A DNA stretch of 64,000 nucleotides from Octopus sinensis (GCF_006345805.1 NC_043005.1:57474001-57538000); one strand, 5' to 3'. Shown: positions 48,420-60,990, counted from the stretch's first letter. Program-made: numbers and translations. Notes: generated by a model from the sequence alone, not told the origin.

Positions 48420-49165
48420 TAGAAAAGAGTTACCTGCATCATGAGGATTCGAATCGGGTGTCAAAATGCCGACATCATGACTGATATCCAATGCTCTCTG
48501 AACGCTGTAAAGACTCTAAGACGTGACATGGATATCATGAAGACCAAGTTCCCACAGAGAATGATGTCTTTGGATGTCTTCAGTGAGGGTAATGTCATGC
48601 CGCCCCACAAGTTTGAACGACGCCTAGGACTCCGTTCAGACGGCTATATGAAGCTGCTGGAGACCGTGGTCAATCTCTGGTTGAAAAAGATTGCTGCTTG
48701 AAGGACATATGTGTGACAGTAGGATTCGGCTCTTTGCCATACCTCCTGAAAGGGTCAAAAGTGATTGTCGAGAAATGCTATGATTTAATCAGCCCCAATT
48801 TCCAGACCCCTATTTCTCCCGAATGTATTCCCGTGGATTACTATATGTGGGGTTGAAAAAGATTGCTGCTTGAAGGACATATGTGTGACAGTAGGATTCG
48901 GCTCTTTGCCATACCTCCTGAAAGGGTCAAAAGTGATTGTCGAGAAATGCTATGATTTCATCAGCCCCAATTTCCAGACCTCTATTTCCCCCGAATGTAT
49001 TCCCGTGGATTACTATATGTGGGGCGCAGTTGAGTTAGATATCAATTTCTCTCTGCAACACCAAGACCGAGCTGGTGGCCAAGATCAAAGAAGAACGCTT
49101 ACACCAGGTTCCGGAGCCGACTTGAGGCCGTGGTGGAAGTTGAGGGAGGCTTCTTTGAGCAAACT
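48420..49165 (+). pseudogene. maT (DD37D) transposase fragment with 172-bp tandem duplication
   Basis: MKTKFP..SEGNVMPPH..DSA..PVDYYMWG..LEAVVEVEGGFFE; 37 residues between the two D allowing one frameshift. Confidence 0.8.
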
Positions 49166-49249
49166 GTTATCTCCATTTACATTTTTGGACGGGATGTGCT
49201 TTTTTTCCTTTTATGCAAACTGTCAAATTTAGTCCGAATACGATGTGGC

Positions 49250-49283
<34 letters not shown>

Positions 49284-50049
49284 TGTATGTATGTATGTAT
49301 GTATGTATGTATGTGTGTATGTATGTATGTATGTATGTATGTATGTATCTCTCTCTATATATATGTATGTATATGCACATCTGTGTGTCTATATATAATG
49401 TATATATCCACATACATACATACATGCATACATAAATACACACACACACACACACACACGTACACTCATCCTGAACTGCTATTTTCAAACATATCTAGGG
49501 TGTTTCGACTACAACGACCCCCTTTCCTTCTCTTTTTGTGGCCTTCGTTTCTCTTTTGTGCCTGAGAATGTGAAGCTCATTGTTATTATTTAGCCCCCAG
49601 CCAGCAACCATCAGACAAAACTTATGAGCAAAGACGTTTCAGCGATAACTCTTTGTTTTATGGAAGTCCGAAAGGGGTTTTTACGTGCTTTCAAAGAAGC
49701 AGTTGGAAAAGTTCAGGCCATTGTGTGGTGCAATGTAATTTCCGTTGATAAGGTAGAACGTATAGATAGAAGTGTGTGCTTGGTCTTAAATGCTAAGAAC
49801 AATGGACACTAGTAAGTCAATCTTGCCCGTAGATGGTGCCTCATTATACGGTAAACTGTTATATAAAAGTTACTGACGCGGACATTGATGCGGACGTCCT
49901 TGAGATTTAGTTTGTTTCCACTTTTGAGTCATAGTGGGAGAGCCCTCTTTACAGTATTATAGGGTTCGGGGTGAATTATTGTACTGGGCTCCATTGTACG
50001 CTACCCACAACTTACATAGATTAGAATTGGTGTCCATAGATCCATTTGA

Positions 50050-50285
50050 AGGTGTGTGGTTTTGTGGTTAGAATGTTGGACTCATGATCGTAAGACTGTG
50101 GTTTTGATTTCTGGACTGGGCGACGCATTGTGTTCTTGAGCAAAACACTTCATTTTATGTTGCTCCAGTTCAGTCAGTTGGAAAAAAATGAGTAACCCTG
50201 CGTTCCGTCCAAGTGGGAAACCGCAACGGAAACCGGGAAAACGGTCCTTATAAGTCGGCATAACTCGAGAAAGACACCTATTAAC
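50050..50285 (+). mobile_element. SINE family E (tRNA-like head, CORE-like ttcttgagcaaaacactt), diverged
   Basis: A/B-box-like head and core motif; single copy. Confidence 0.55.
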
Positions 50286-50657
50286 TTTGCTCATAGATCT
50301 GAGACTTCCTGGTAACTGCCCAGTTTGCCCATGTCTTTAGACATCACTGACCGGTGGGAAATGTGGAAGAGACACACAACGGCAAGTCTTCGAGCGAGAC
50401 GCGCATGGAAAATGTAGATCCCGATTATTACCGAATATCACAAGACTATTCTTGGCCTTTGCGATGCAGTACATTGTAATGTCTAACTTCGACATCGTTA
50501 AAATAATTGGAGGTAACACTTCTTCAAACTGATAAGATATCAATCTCTGTCTGTCTCTTTGCTTGTCTGTCTCTATCTCCGTCTGTCTGTTTCTCTGAAT
50601 ATGTATATATATAAAATGTATATATGTGTAGATTCATGTATATGCATGTGTGTGTGT

Positions 50658-50694
<37 letters not shown>

Positions 50695-51079
50695 CATAAA
50701 ACATGCATACAAACATATAATTACACTATTAATCGATATTTATTTATATAAAACTATATATAAAGATGGATATATATATATATTCAAATCGATGCTCGGA
50801 ATGAACGAATAGATCAGCGGATGATTGATTGCGAATATCGGAATGATTTTTTTCTCCGGAATAAAAATAGCACAAGAGGCGACGATTGGAAATCGAATCT
50901 ATCAGACAAATACACAAAAGTGAGATTGATTATCCGTATATTTCATAATTTTTTTCTTACCTTCTCTTTCTTTCTTTCTTTCTTGGCTAGCTAGTTGTTT
51001 GGTCTTGTGGAAAATATCACTGTCTGTTCCCTTGCTATTTTTCTTGAATTTGTCTGTCAGCAAACATACATATGTACAT

Positions 51080-51123
<44 letters not shown>

Positions 51124-51189
51124 GTGTGTGTGCGTGCGTGCGTGTGTGTTCCAAATTTTGACATTCAAAGTTAAAATAACAACGGAATA

Positions 51190-51553
51190 GGACGCCTTTG
51201 CATAGTAACAAAAATCTCATCCTCGCCTTCAAAATACAGGACCAGATGCCAAATATTTTGTGGTTCAAGGGCTGAAGATAATTTCTCACCATTTCGCCCC
51301 ACGTCTCCATGGGTCTATCCCTTCAACATGTTCCTCTACAATTAGAGATTGGCACCTCTTCATGCAACTGTCTTCATTCATACGCTATACATGACCGTAC
51401 CAGCGCAGTCTTCTTTCTTGCAAACTACATCTGATGTCTGGCATACCCAGTTTTTCTGTCAAGTCAATTACGGGCATATGGCGTAGTGGTTAAGAGCGCG
51501 GACTACTAACTCCAAGATTCCGAGTTCAATTCCAGGCAGTGACCTGAATAATC

Positions 51554-51592
<39 letters not shown>

Positions 51593-51990
51593 TAATAATA
51601 ACAACAACATCGAAAAATACCTTAGGAATGAGAACCTAGGTTCAAAATTTCTCCAAGACACTCGTTGAAGGCTGGAGGGTATATCAGCCGAAACGTGTTA
51701 ACAACAAAGATGAGGACAAATATCCGTCAAATGTAAATAATGTAAATAATGTAAATCACTTACACCCAGTCGTATATGCACATTGATATTACACATCCAC
51801 TGAAGTATACTGGTTTCTTTCTTTCAAGCCTTCGCATATCCTCAGTAGTCACAGCCCATGTCTCACTACCATGTAGCATGGCTATTCGTACACAGGTATC
51901 ATACAACCTGCCTTTCACTCTGAGAGAGAACCCATTCGTTAATAACAGGGGTAGTAGCTCTCTTAACTTCGCCCAGTTTATTCTTATTCT
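51190..51990 (-). pseudogene. RTE-clade LINE ORF 3' fragment interrupted by SINE D
   Basis: ARIRINWAKLRELLPLL..KGRLYD.CVR.AMLHGSETW..|LTEKLG..ERRLRWYGHV. Confidence 0.85.
51470..51756 (+). mobile_element. SINE family D: tRNA-Ser-like head, (AAT)n, PLE-like tail with degenerate HHR
   Basis: Second copy at 57460; boundaries fixed by the interrupted RTE; at most a 3-nt duplication (TCA). Confidence 0.8.
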
Positions 51991-52392
51991 AGCAGCTATG
52001 CTTTATAATAAGTTTGTATTTGGTTTGCAAGATTCTTGATGTGAATCCGTGTGTGGAAAGAAATACTATTGAAGTTTGGGAATAATAAACACACATACTG
52101 GTTCGGTTCTTCGTTGTTATTGTTCAGTATGGTTCGTATTATTTATTTCATTATTTTTTTGTCAAATAATTATTTCATCGCATTGTTGCAATCTTTTCAG
52201 TGTCACGTCTCTCTACTTCCATTTCTTTTGAACTTATGTTCCAGCGTTGGGATTTGTCCAAGATCTGTCCGAGATGAGTATATGAGTGTGTGTATGTATG
52301 TATGTATGTGTGTGTGTTTATACGTGTGTGTGTATCTGTATGTATATGTGTGCGTATGTGTTTTAAATACTGACTTACGTCATTTTTATATA

Positions 52393-52913
52393 CCGTAAAT
52401 CTTCGAGTGTAGTCCGCCCTTGAGTATAATACGTAGGGGATTTTTAGGGGGCTGTACCTCTGAAAAACCTAAACCTTGTGTATAATAAACCTAAACCTTG
52501 TGTACCCCTTCTCTAACTTGAGTCAAGGAGACTATATAACGTCCTTGGTTTGTAAAAATGTATACGGTAACGTCCTTTATTATTATTGTATATATAACAC
52601 AATGCAAACGTGTAGCTTTTTTGTGCATTTTGTTTGCAGAAAATAAAGAAATGACAGTAATAACGTTTAATAAATGTTGCTTACTGCAAGTTATGGATGA
52701 TTCTTTTATGACTTCATTGCTTTCAAGTTTAGCTTAAAGTATTTTCGCGCCCGACATCACAAAATGCATCTGAATAAACATTGCCGGACAGCAAATAGAC
52801 TCGGACATTGCTTAGAAAATAATTTTCCTTTTTAACCTCGTATATAGTACGCACTAGGGATTTTGACCTTTAAATTTTGGGGAAAAATGCGGATTATACT
52901 CGAGGATTTACGG
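52393..52913. mobile_element. pogo/Tc1-mariner-type MITE, 521 bp
   Basis: CCGTAAATC.. TIRs (25 bp, 3 mismatches); TA TSD. Confidence 0.85.
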
Positions 52914-53419
52914 TACATAAAATAGCGGTTTTGGATTTCTCTTTGTTTTCTTCGCAAATGCAAATATGACGTTTCTCTCAAAGACAGTTAAACCGTCTTT
53001 GTTTAATAAATGTTGAATAAAATGAAGTCTATCTGTACGTGAGTATGTGCATGCGTATGCGTGCGCGTGTGTCAGTGTGTATGGAAGGACATGTGCGCAT
53101 GAGCATGTGTGTCTGTATTTGCGTCACCGTGTGTGTGTGAGCATATGTCTGTGTCTCAGTGTGACTTTATGTGTGTGTGACCGTTCGTATGTATGTATGT
53201 GCGTTCGTATGTGTGAGTTCCTGTGTGCTTGCGTGTACGTGTGTACTTCTGTATGCATATTTCCGTGTGTGCGTGTGCGTATGTGTATGTGTGTATCCTT
53301 GTGGGCATGAGGGCATATCTGTGTCCTTGTTTGTCTTCGCATGTGTGTGTGTGTGTATGTAGGTATGTGTGTGTGTGCGTGCGCGCGCGCACGTGTGTCC
53401 ATGAGTCTTTGTAAGGCCT

Positions 53420-53633
53420 TTTTCTATTGAGAGTATTTACTATTCAAAATCGGTCGTGTTCCGTTTATGAAGACCGACTCCTGTAACTGTCGTAGCGATG
53501 CGTCGTCTGGGTGTGTAGGCAGGATTTCTATGCTAATCCGGTTCCACACACCACCATGTTGTTCTTTGGCATGCTGATAGAGTATCGAGGCTTGTCTTTG
53601 ATCCCTGTACTCCCTCCAATGTTCATTTATATT
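53420..53633 (-). pseudogene. Penelope-like GIY-YIG C-terminal fragment
   Basis: INEHW..SILYQH..EIL..HPDDA.LRQ.QESVFI..RPILNSK. Confidence 0.7.
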
Positions 53634-53875
53634 GTTCTTATTTCGTTTATTGCCCACAAGGGGCTACACACAGAGGGGACAAACAAGGACAGACAAAGAG
53701 ATTAAGTCGATTACACCTACCCCAGTGCGTAGTTGGTACTTAATTTATCGACCCCGAAAGGATGAAAGGCAAAGTCGACCTCGGCGGAATTTGAACTCAG
53801 AACGTAACGGCAGACGAAATACTGCAAAGCATTTCGCCCGGTGTGCTAACGTTTCTGCCAGCTCGCCGCCTTTTT
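53634..53875 (-). mobile_element. SINE family B, full length
   Basis: 14-bp TSD TGTTCATTTATATT at 53620-53633 and 53876-53889. Confidence 0.9.
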
Positions 53876-54174
53876 TGTTCATTTATATTATTACTGGCAT
53901 AATGCCCCTCCCAAGGTTCAATAGTATGCTTTATAATTATTTCAACAAATCATTATTTTCCATTACGTTCAATGAAGTTATCCAGTGAAATTCTGAAGTG
54001 TTCTAGTATGACTTCATTTCAGTACAGAAATAATTTGGTAAATTACAATTCATTGTGTTTGCATTTGAAAATTTTTGTAGATTTCTCTTATGACGTAATA
54101 ATTTCTCTTTACAGAATTTCACCATAATATCTGGTAAGTTCTTGATTGTGATTCATGACTTCCATACTTCAGGT

Positions 54175-54208
<34 letters not shown>

Positions 54209-54806
54209 AGGCAGATATTAAATTGATAGTCTCTGCCTACACTCAGCACAGCACTGAGATGTTTCATTGATAGTATGGATGGATCAATATGCGTTGGATT
54301 TTATTTGCAATATGTATGTGTATGTGTATGTGTGTGTGTGTGTGTGCGTGTGCGTCTATAATATGTGTGTGTGTGTGAGTGTGTGTGTTTGTGCGTGTGT
54401 GTGCATATGTACATACATACATACTTACATACATATTTACATACACACAAATCTGTAAAATTTTTCAGACGTTTACCATTTAAGTATATAAGCGCATGTC
54501 TAGATATGCAACTATATGCAATGAGAATGCATACATAGAACAAAACATACAAGTCTGCAAATGCGCCACATGCTACACATATACACATACACATGCAGAA
54601 ATACCCTGCTGTGTTTTAATTCCAAAGAAGGAGCCTTGGAACTAGGTTAGAAATCAATTCTTTCTCTATTGGCAAGAAATCTTGAAATGAAACTGAATAA
54701 TGACATACATATATAAATGCATACATAAATGCATGCATGCATACATACATACATACATATGTATATATAGGTATTCTACGTGTGCGTATGTTTGTTCGTG
54801 AGTGTG

Positions 54807-55039
54807 TTTTTTTTTTTTTTTTTTTGTACTTGTTTCAGTCATTTTGACTGCGGCCATGCTGGAGCACCGCCTTTAGAGTGGTGAAAGAGTACAGCAGGGA
54901 TCACCACCACCCCCTGCCGGAGCCTCGTGGAGCTTTTAGGTGTTTTTTCGCTCAATAAACACACACAACGCCCGGTCTGGGAATCGAAACCGCGATCCTC
55001 CGACCGCAAGTCCGCTGCCCTAACCACTGGGCCATTGCG
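54807..55039 (-). mobile_element. Chimeric SINE: family C head, family A tail, A19 tract
   Basis: Head matches 22544 and 59466; tail taaaggcggtgctccagcatggccgcagtc matches family A. Confidence 0.8.
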
Positions 55040-55043
55040 TGTG

Positions 55044-55138
<95 letters not shown>

Positions 55139-55374
55139 GTATGTATGCATGCATGCATGCATGCATACATACATACATACATACATGGCTGCTGTTGCTT
55201 AGCGAGTGGGATTGACTCAGTGCACAGCCTTTCCTCACTTTAAAAAAAATCTTACACAGGCATTGCACGATAACAACATTGATTAAGCTTCGTGCAATGG
55301 CCGTACTCGATAACGAGGGGGCAGCCACCATGTATGCATGCATGTATGCATGTATGTATGTATATATATATTAT

Positions 55375-55414
<40 letters not shown>

Positions 55415-55579
55415 CATGCATGCATGCATGTATGGATGTATGCATGTATGTATGTATGTATGTATGTATGTATGCATGTATGCATGTATGTATGTATGTA
55501 TGCATGTACGTACGTACGTATGTATGTATGTACGTACATACGTACGTATGTATGCATGTATGTTTAAGTTTACTTTTTA

Positions 55580-55668
55580 TCACATGGTTCTGGGTTAGTT
55601 CCACTACACAAGTGTCTTATATAGCAGCTTCGGACCGACCAAAGCTGAAAGAAGCCCGTCGTATGTGA

Positions 55669-55757
<89 letters not shown>

Positions 55758-55930
55758 TTTTCGATCCCTACTAATGCTTGACATCCTCGCAAGCTAGTGG
55801 TTTGGCAAGATACATCGATAGAAAAAGAACAAGGAATAATAAAGTACTGGAGTCGATTCATTCGATTGAAATTTCTTTAAGGAAGTACACCAGCATAGTC
55901 GCAGTCTAGTGGTTGAAACAAGTAAAAGAT
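55580..55930 (+). mobile_element. SINE family A, old, with (GA)n expansion
   Basis: Degenerate colinear motifs. Confidence 0.6.
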
Positions 55931-56374
55931 ACACGTATATAATATGTATATATACTTGTATATACGTATACATACGTACATACGTACACACATACATAAT
56001 ACATACATACATACATACATACATACATAATACATACATATGTCTACACACGCGTATCAATATGTCCGGTATTTATTTTTTAATGCTGAAAAATGTTATA
56101 TGATAAATATATCGGCATATCACATACTCCACAGATTTGATATCGATGCATACGTATAAAAAGAATATTTAAGTATTTATTGACAAAAAAATTGAAAAAT
56201 TAGTTTCAAAGAGAATTAAAAACGATGGTAAGTTTATATAAATTCTTTTAATCTTTCCTTGAGTTAAAACAATAAAAACTTATTTTATTATTGAATATTT
56301 CTTCACCAATGGTTTTATTGTATTACCATTTTATTAAGTCACTCGTGAATATGCGCCATTAATGATGACATATA

Positions 56375-56570
56375 TTGGTTTCAAATTTTGATACAAACCC
56401 AACAATTTCAGTGGATGCAGTTAAGTCGATTGCAACTACCCTAGTTTTCAACTAGTATTTCTTTTATCGACCCCAAAAGAATGAAAGGCAAAATTGACAT
56501 CGGCGGAATTTGAACTCAGAACGTTAAGCATTTTGTCCGGCGTGCTAACGATTCTGTCAGCTCACCGCTT
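56375..56570 (-). mobile_element. SINE family B, diverged
   Basis: Head and core motifs. Confidence 0.7.
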
Positions 56571-57194
56571 TGGCTTCCAAAGTCTGCAAGGCGAGCATAC
56601 TGCCCATTGCTTAGTTACTTTGTTTCATATGTGACTGATATCGCAGATAAAATCCCTTGAAAATGTTAATCTCTAAAAGGAGTTAAACTCATTAACCTCT
56701 TCGTTATTTTTGTAACTAATCATACCTGATTAAAATTATGTAAACAATAAATATTGATGGAAACTTTAAGAAACGTTTGCTCTATTTACTTAAATGTAAT
56801 TTCTTACTACTGCAGTTATAGTTAACGTTATTCTTATTCCTTAATATTAGTGGTTTACACTTCTGTAAATCATAATACTTTCCTGTTTTATAGTAGCTTA
56901 ATTAAGATTAAGCACTTCTATTCAATTATCTAAATACTCTCTCGTACTTGAACCCTATAACTTAAAATCTAATATGGATTAACTAAATTAATCGTATATT
57001 TGTACACACACACACACACGCAATACTTACAAACATATGTGTGTGTGTATGTAAGTATATATATACAAAATATGGGGGTTTAGTTCAAAGGTGATCTAAA
57101 CGTCTAGACACGCTAGATAAGAGCTGTAACGGATTACTTGAGCTTCAAGGTTATAGCCGAGACGGTAGTTATGGAGCCATTGTAGATTTCCGAT

Positions 57195-57442
57195 ATAGCG
57201 GATATATAATTGTTAAAGAGGACAACAAACGTTAAGGCAAGGCAAACATCTCAAGTCATATACATTATTATTAGAAAAAAAAAAAACATTCAAAGTCTTA
57301 CATCTGTTTCTGGGATATCTCAGAGTATGGGATATTCCGTCATCGGAGACGAATAGGGAAAACGAAAAGGGTACAGATTAATGAAATGATGACATAGAGG
57401 ACAGGAGTAAAGGAATAAGGAGATGAAGAAACAGAAAAAAAT
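57195..57442 (-). mobile_element. pLTR-like mini-element; HHR motif at 57295-57350
   Basis: GTCT-CCGATGA-C[GGAATATC..GATATCCC]A-GAAA-CAGATG-TA-AGAC; homologous to 5765-6000. Confidence 0.65.
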
Positions 57443-57459
57443 CACTACGCCATATGCCC

Positions 57460-57745
57460 ACGGGAATATGGCACAGTGGTTAAGAGCGCGGGCTACTAAC
57501 CCCAAGATTCCGAGTTCAATTCCAAGAGGTGACCTGAACAATAGCAATAATAATAATAACAATTAAAATAATAATAATAATAATTATAATAATAATAATA
57601 ACATCGAAAAATACCTTAGGAATGAGAACCTAGGTTCGAAATTTCCCTAAAGAAGAAGGCTGGAGGGTACATCAGCTGAGACGTTGTGATAACAACAAAC
57701 AAGATGAGAACAAATATCCGTCGAATGTAAATAATGTAAATAATT
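57460..57745 (+). mobile_element. SINE family D, second copy
   Basis: Colinear with 51470-51756. Confidence 0.8.
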
Positions 57746-57951
57746 TAAACTAAAAGTATACTTTTCTTAGGCTTAAATGATAGAAAAATGTATGAGAAAT
57801 TCAGAGTCGTTAGTCGCATTGAGCAAAAATTGTAGAAGAAAAGTTATGGGGTGAAATGCCACGAAATTTCGTGTCAGTAAGTAAGAAAGTAAGGAAGTAA
57901 CGCTTAGCAATAAGAATACAGAATATACTGCTAAAATAAATACTTACATTG

Positions 57952-58260
57952 TAAGGCGGCGAGCTGGCAGAAACCTTAGTACGTCGCGCGAAATGCTTAG
58001 CGGTATTTCGTCCGCCGCTACGTTCCGAGTTCAAATTCCGCCGAGGTCGACTTTGCCTTTCTTCCTTTCGGGGTCGATTAAATAAGTACCAGTTACGCAC
58101 TGGGATCGATATAATCGACTTAATCCATTTGTCTGTCCTTGTTTGTCCTCTCTGTGTTTAACCTCTTGTGGGTAGTAAAGAAAAAAAGGTATTTCCCTTC
58201 TGTTTACATTTTGAGTTCAAATTCTGCCGAGGTCGACTTTGCTTTTTATCCATTTCGGAT
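57952..58260 (+). mobile_element. SINE family B, full length, plus a partial second copy
   Basis: AAGGCGGCGAGCTGGCAGAA head; core and tail. Confidence 0.85.
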
Positions 58261-58809
58261 CTATTGGATTTGACGTACAGATTATTTAATTAATTTTATT
58301 TTGACTAAACACTTTGAAACTTCCGATACTGGCACAATGTGTCACATACAACAGGGTTTACTCTTAACGTATTTGATAAAATTTTATATTTTAGAAGTTA
58401 TTTCGTCACAAATTACAGAGTGACAATGGACAAATTCATGTTTGATAAGTGCCAATACACGAAACTCTCAGCTTTTGACTTACTCTCTAACTTCTGCTGA
58501 TGTTATATATGCATATTATACATATATGTGTAAAAAAGATCTCATCACGCAATCAAACCAATAAAAAAGACTTTACCTGGTTGCTCGACACGCTAAAAAT
58601 AGCAGACAATGTATCCCCCTACACAGTATTTTATAAGGTAAAATCTTAAATTATTAATTGATACATTATTAATTGTCTTATAACAGCAATGTCGGAAAAA
58701 ATCATGGATTACATGGAAAAATACGAGCATGAAAAGTAATATTCTTAAGATTATAAACCTGGAAAAGTACAGGACAAGTTATTACACCTGTAAAAGTATA
58801 GGACAAACT

Positions 58810-59127
58810 ATTACTTCAAGTAAAGTAAAGAATAAGAAACTTTTTACTTAAAATATTGCAGCTAAAATTAAAATTTTGAATAATAAAAAATATTTTATTA
58901 TGGTTTACAACTAACACTATACTTATTTAAGTAGAATTTGGCTAATTTACTACCTTAAATACAGAAAAAAGTGACTAATTAGACTAACTTACAAATTAGC
59001 TGAACAGTTTTGTACAATAAATTTAAAAGATGAGAACTGTAAAGAGCGATAAATTAAAAGAACTGGCATTCTTTGCTGCAATATTTTCAGTAAAAAGTTT
59101 CTTATTCTTTACTTTACTTGATGTAAT
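58810..59127. mobile_element. MITE-like unit with 53-bp inverted repeats
   Basis: 58810-58862 versus reverse complement of 59075-59127: 51/53. Confidence 0.65.
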
Positions 59128-59450
59128 AATTTTTGTCCATTCTTCAGCTAAAACAGTTTCCAGTTCTTGTAGTGATGATGGTGGAGGATATCGACTCCTT
59201 ACTTGTTTTTCTAAAATGCACCATAAATGTTCAATAATATTGAGAGCTGGGGACTGTGGTGGCCAGATAAGATGTTCAACTTCACTAGAATGTTCCTTGT
59301 GCCATTCAGTAACGACTTTAGCTGTGTGAATTGGTGCATTATCATCCTAGAAGATTGTGCTTCCCTCCGGAAACAGTTCCGAAATCATAGGATGAATTTG
59401 ATCAGACAAAATACTTAAATAGTCTTGACTATTAATTCTGCCATGAAGGA
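59128..59450 (-). pseudogene. Tc1-family transposase fragment, DD36E spacing
   Basis: GRINSQDY..*DDNAPIH..WPPQSPALNIIEHLW; 36 residues counted between D and E. Confidence 0.85.
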
Positions 59451-59465
59451 AAACCAATGGACCGG

Positions 59466-59685
59466 CGGTTTCGATACTCAGACCGGGCGTTGTGTGTGTT
59501 TATTGAGCGAAAACACCTAAAAGCTCCATGAGGTTCCGGCAGGAGGTGGTGGCGACCCCTGGTGTACTCTTTCGCCACAACTTTCTCTCACTCTCTCTTC
59601 CTGTTTCTTGAGTAACGCTGCGATGGACTGGTGTCCCGTCCAGCTGGAGGGAACACATACGCCATAGAAACCAGAAAACCGGGGC
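59466..59685 (+). mobile_element. SINE family C, 5'-clipped
   Basis: Matches 22543-22793. Confidence 0.8.
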
Positions 59686-60158
59686 GACAAAAAAAAAAAG
59701 ACCAAGGTGTCAAGTCATTTGACACTAAACAATATCATTTTACCTTTTGCTATCGTTTTATGATGCTCCACAATCTGTAATGCAGCAAATATACAATGGT
59801 AGACGTAATCCAATATATACGACTTACATCCGGACGTTGGCGAGAAAACGTTGTTTGTTAGCTAACGAGGAAGATGTGTGACATCATAATGTGGTTGGAT
59901 GAGGTTTATCTGATTCGTTTTGTTATCAGACACTGTTTCCAGACATTTATTTATTTATATTGGTGTTGGTTATAGATTTGCAACAGACAAACTGTTTCTC
60001 TGCTGTTGGGATTGTGGGACTCACAAGGTGGAGTCTATGCAACTAAATGCTAAATAAAATAACCATAGACTTTGATAGGAATGCGTGTTTTTTCACCGAC
60101 GAAAGATATTCACATACGTACAAACATACGTACGTACATACATACATACATACATACA

Positions 60159-60192
<34 letters not shown>

Positions 60193-60204
60193 CATACATA
60201 CATA

Positions 60205-60409
60205 CAAGGAGTGCTGAAAAGTTCCTGACTTTAAGGGTATCATGAAAAGCCTAGCTAGAGGCCCAAATTTCCGAATTCTTTTACAGGGTTTAGAAAAACT
60301 GATAGACCGCTGCAAGAAGCGTGTGAATCTGAGAGGGGAATATGTTGAATAAAATTATAATTACCTGATCCTCCTGTATTTCCTTTTACCCAAATCCAGG
60401 AACTTTTCA
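60205..60409 (+). mobile_element. mariner-derived MITE (internal deletion derivative)
   Basis: TA|C..GTGCTGAAAAGTTCCTG left TIR; GLEKL.DRCKK.V.LRGEYVE*; CAGGAACTTTTCA right TIR clipped by (TACA)n. Confidence 0.75.
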
Positions 60410-60990
60410 TACATACATACATACATACATGCATACATACATACATACATACATACATACATACATACATACATACATGCATACATACATACATACATAC
60501 ATACATACATACATACATACATACATACATACATACATACATACATGCATACATACATGCATACATACATACATACATACATACATACATACATACATAC
60601 ATACATGCATACATACATACATACATACATACATACATACATACATACATGCATACATACATACATACATACATACATACATGCATACATACAAACATAC
60701 ATACATACATACATACAAACATGCATACATACATGAGTGCATGCATGCATACATACATACATACATACAAACATACAAACATACATACATACATACATAC
60801 ATACAAACATGCATACATACATACATACATGCGTGCATGCATACATACATACATACAAACATGCATACATACATACATACACACATACATACATACACGC
60901 ATGCATGCGTGCATACATAAATACATACATACATGCATGCATGCATACATACATACAATCACACACACACATAAATACACACACACGCAC
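60410..60990. repeat. (CATA)n microsatellite
   Basis: Direct reading; explains ORFs 60255..60992 and similar. Confidence 0.95.
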
